From Octopus vulgaris (taxonomy: Eukaryota): a stretch of DNA of 64,000 bases. The first letter of the stretch is position 1. Every line of letters begins with the position of its first letter. The stretch lies in NCBI GenBank assembly GCA_951406725.2, contig OX597816.1:90396001-90460000 (forward strand), read 5' to 3'. The translations under genes and the position numbers were made by a program. Below are positions 63,210 through 64,000 of this stretch, one piece after another. The notes under the pieces were generated by a model, which worked only from the letters and a program-made list of their open reading frames with translations, was not told the origin of the DNA and made no database searches.

Positions 63210-64000
63210 TGTGCATATCTGTATGTATTTGTGATTATCCCTCACCACTGCTTGTCAACAGGTGATGATATATTTATATCCCTTTAATTGGTGGTTGGCA
63301 AGCCAGAAGGCTGCACCAGGCTCCAATCCGATCTGGCAATGTTTCTACAGCTGGATGCCCTTCCTAATGCCAACCATTCAGAGAGTGTAGTGAGTGCTTT
63401 TTACATGCCACTGGCAACGATCACACTCAAGTGGTGCTTTTTACGTGCCACTGGCATGGGTACCAATCAGGCGGTAGTGTCATCGGCCACAACAAATCTT
63501 CGAAAGCACAGGTTATTGCCCAATGATTGAAGGGTACTCTTAAATGGGCTGGTTAAATGGGCATGGTTACTGATTCACTTGGCTTGCCGGGTCTTCTCAA
63601 GCACAGCATATCTCCAAAGGTCTTGGTCACTTGTCATTGCTCAACGTTCAAAGGTCATGCTTCATCACCACATACCAGGTCTTCCTCTTCCACAGGATCC
63701 CGCTACTGCTAGGGTGTGGCACATCCATACACAACACGTGACCATACCAGCGCAGTCATCTCTCTTGCACACCACATCTGATGCTTCTTATGTCCAACTT
63801 TTCTCTCAAGGCGCTTACTTTCTGACATTACACTTCCAGCAGAGCATACTAGCTAATTCCTTGCAAGTTTACCCATGTCCTCAGCAGTCACGGGCCATGT
63901 TTCACTACCACATAGCACTCTCCTGTTCAAAGAGGCGACTATGTATAAAACTGTATATAACAATAACATTTTATTTATTTATTTTTTACATGGCTTAAAC

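Overview
AT-rich, intron-rich animal genomic DNA. The repeat inventory (RTE-type LINE 3' ends with (CAT)n tails, abundant tRNA-derived SINEs) resembles Octopus, which I infer from recalled repeat families and have not confirmed. Three spliced genes can be rebuilt by hand with consistent GT-AG phases. (1) The 3' half of a peroxisomal acyl-CoA oxidase (ACOX1-like, + strand, 7 exons, 1738-22005, ending in AQL*). (2) A complete ~300-aa multi-pass membrane protein (+ strand, coding exons 36951-37059 and 40282-41075, probable non-coding first exon ending at 29460). (3) The 3' part of a JmjC/cupin Fe(II)/2-oxoglutarate oxygenase with a C-terminal EF-hand (- strand, 6 exons, 62259-46573). The rest is mostly degraded mobile DNA: LTR pol, Helitrons, a Penelope-like element, CR1, RTE, a HERO/NeSL-like RLE element, Tc1, pogo, and piggyBac/hAT/Mutator-type MITEs. 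The most notable unexplained signal is a set of hammerhead-ribozyme motifs in Penelope-type repeats, including one with a fully intact core on the sense strand of an ACOX intron (17629-17732). These motifs often sit in inverted-duplication structures. Most other ORFs in the supplied track are noise. I cannot establish a wholly new system from sequence alone.
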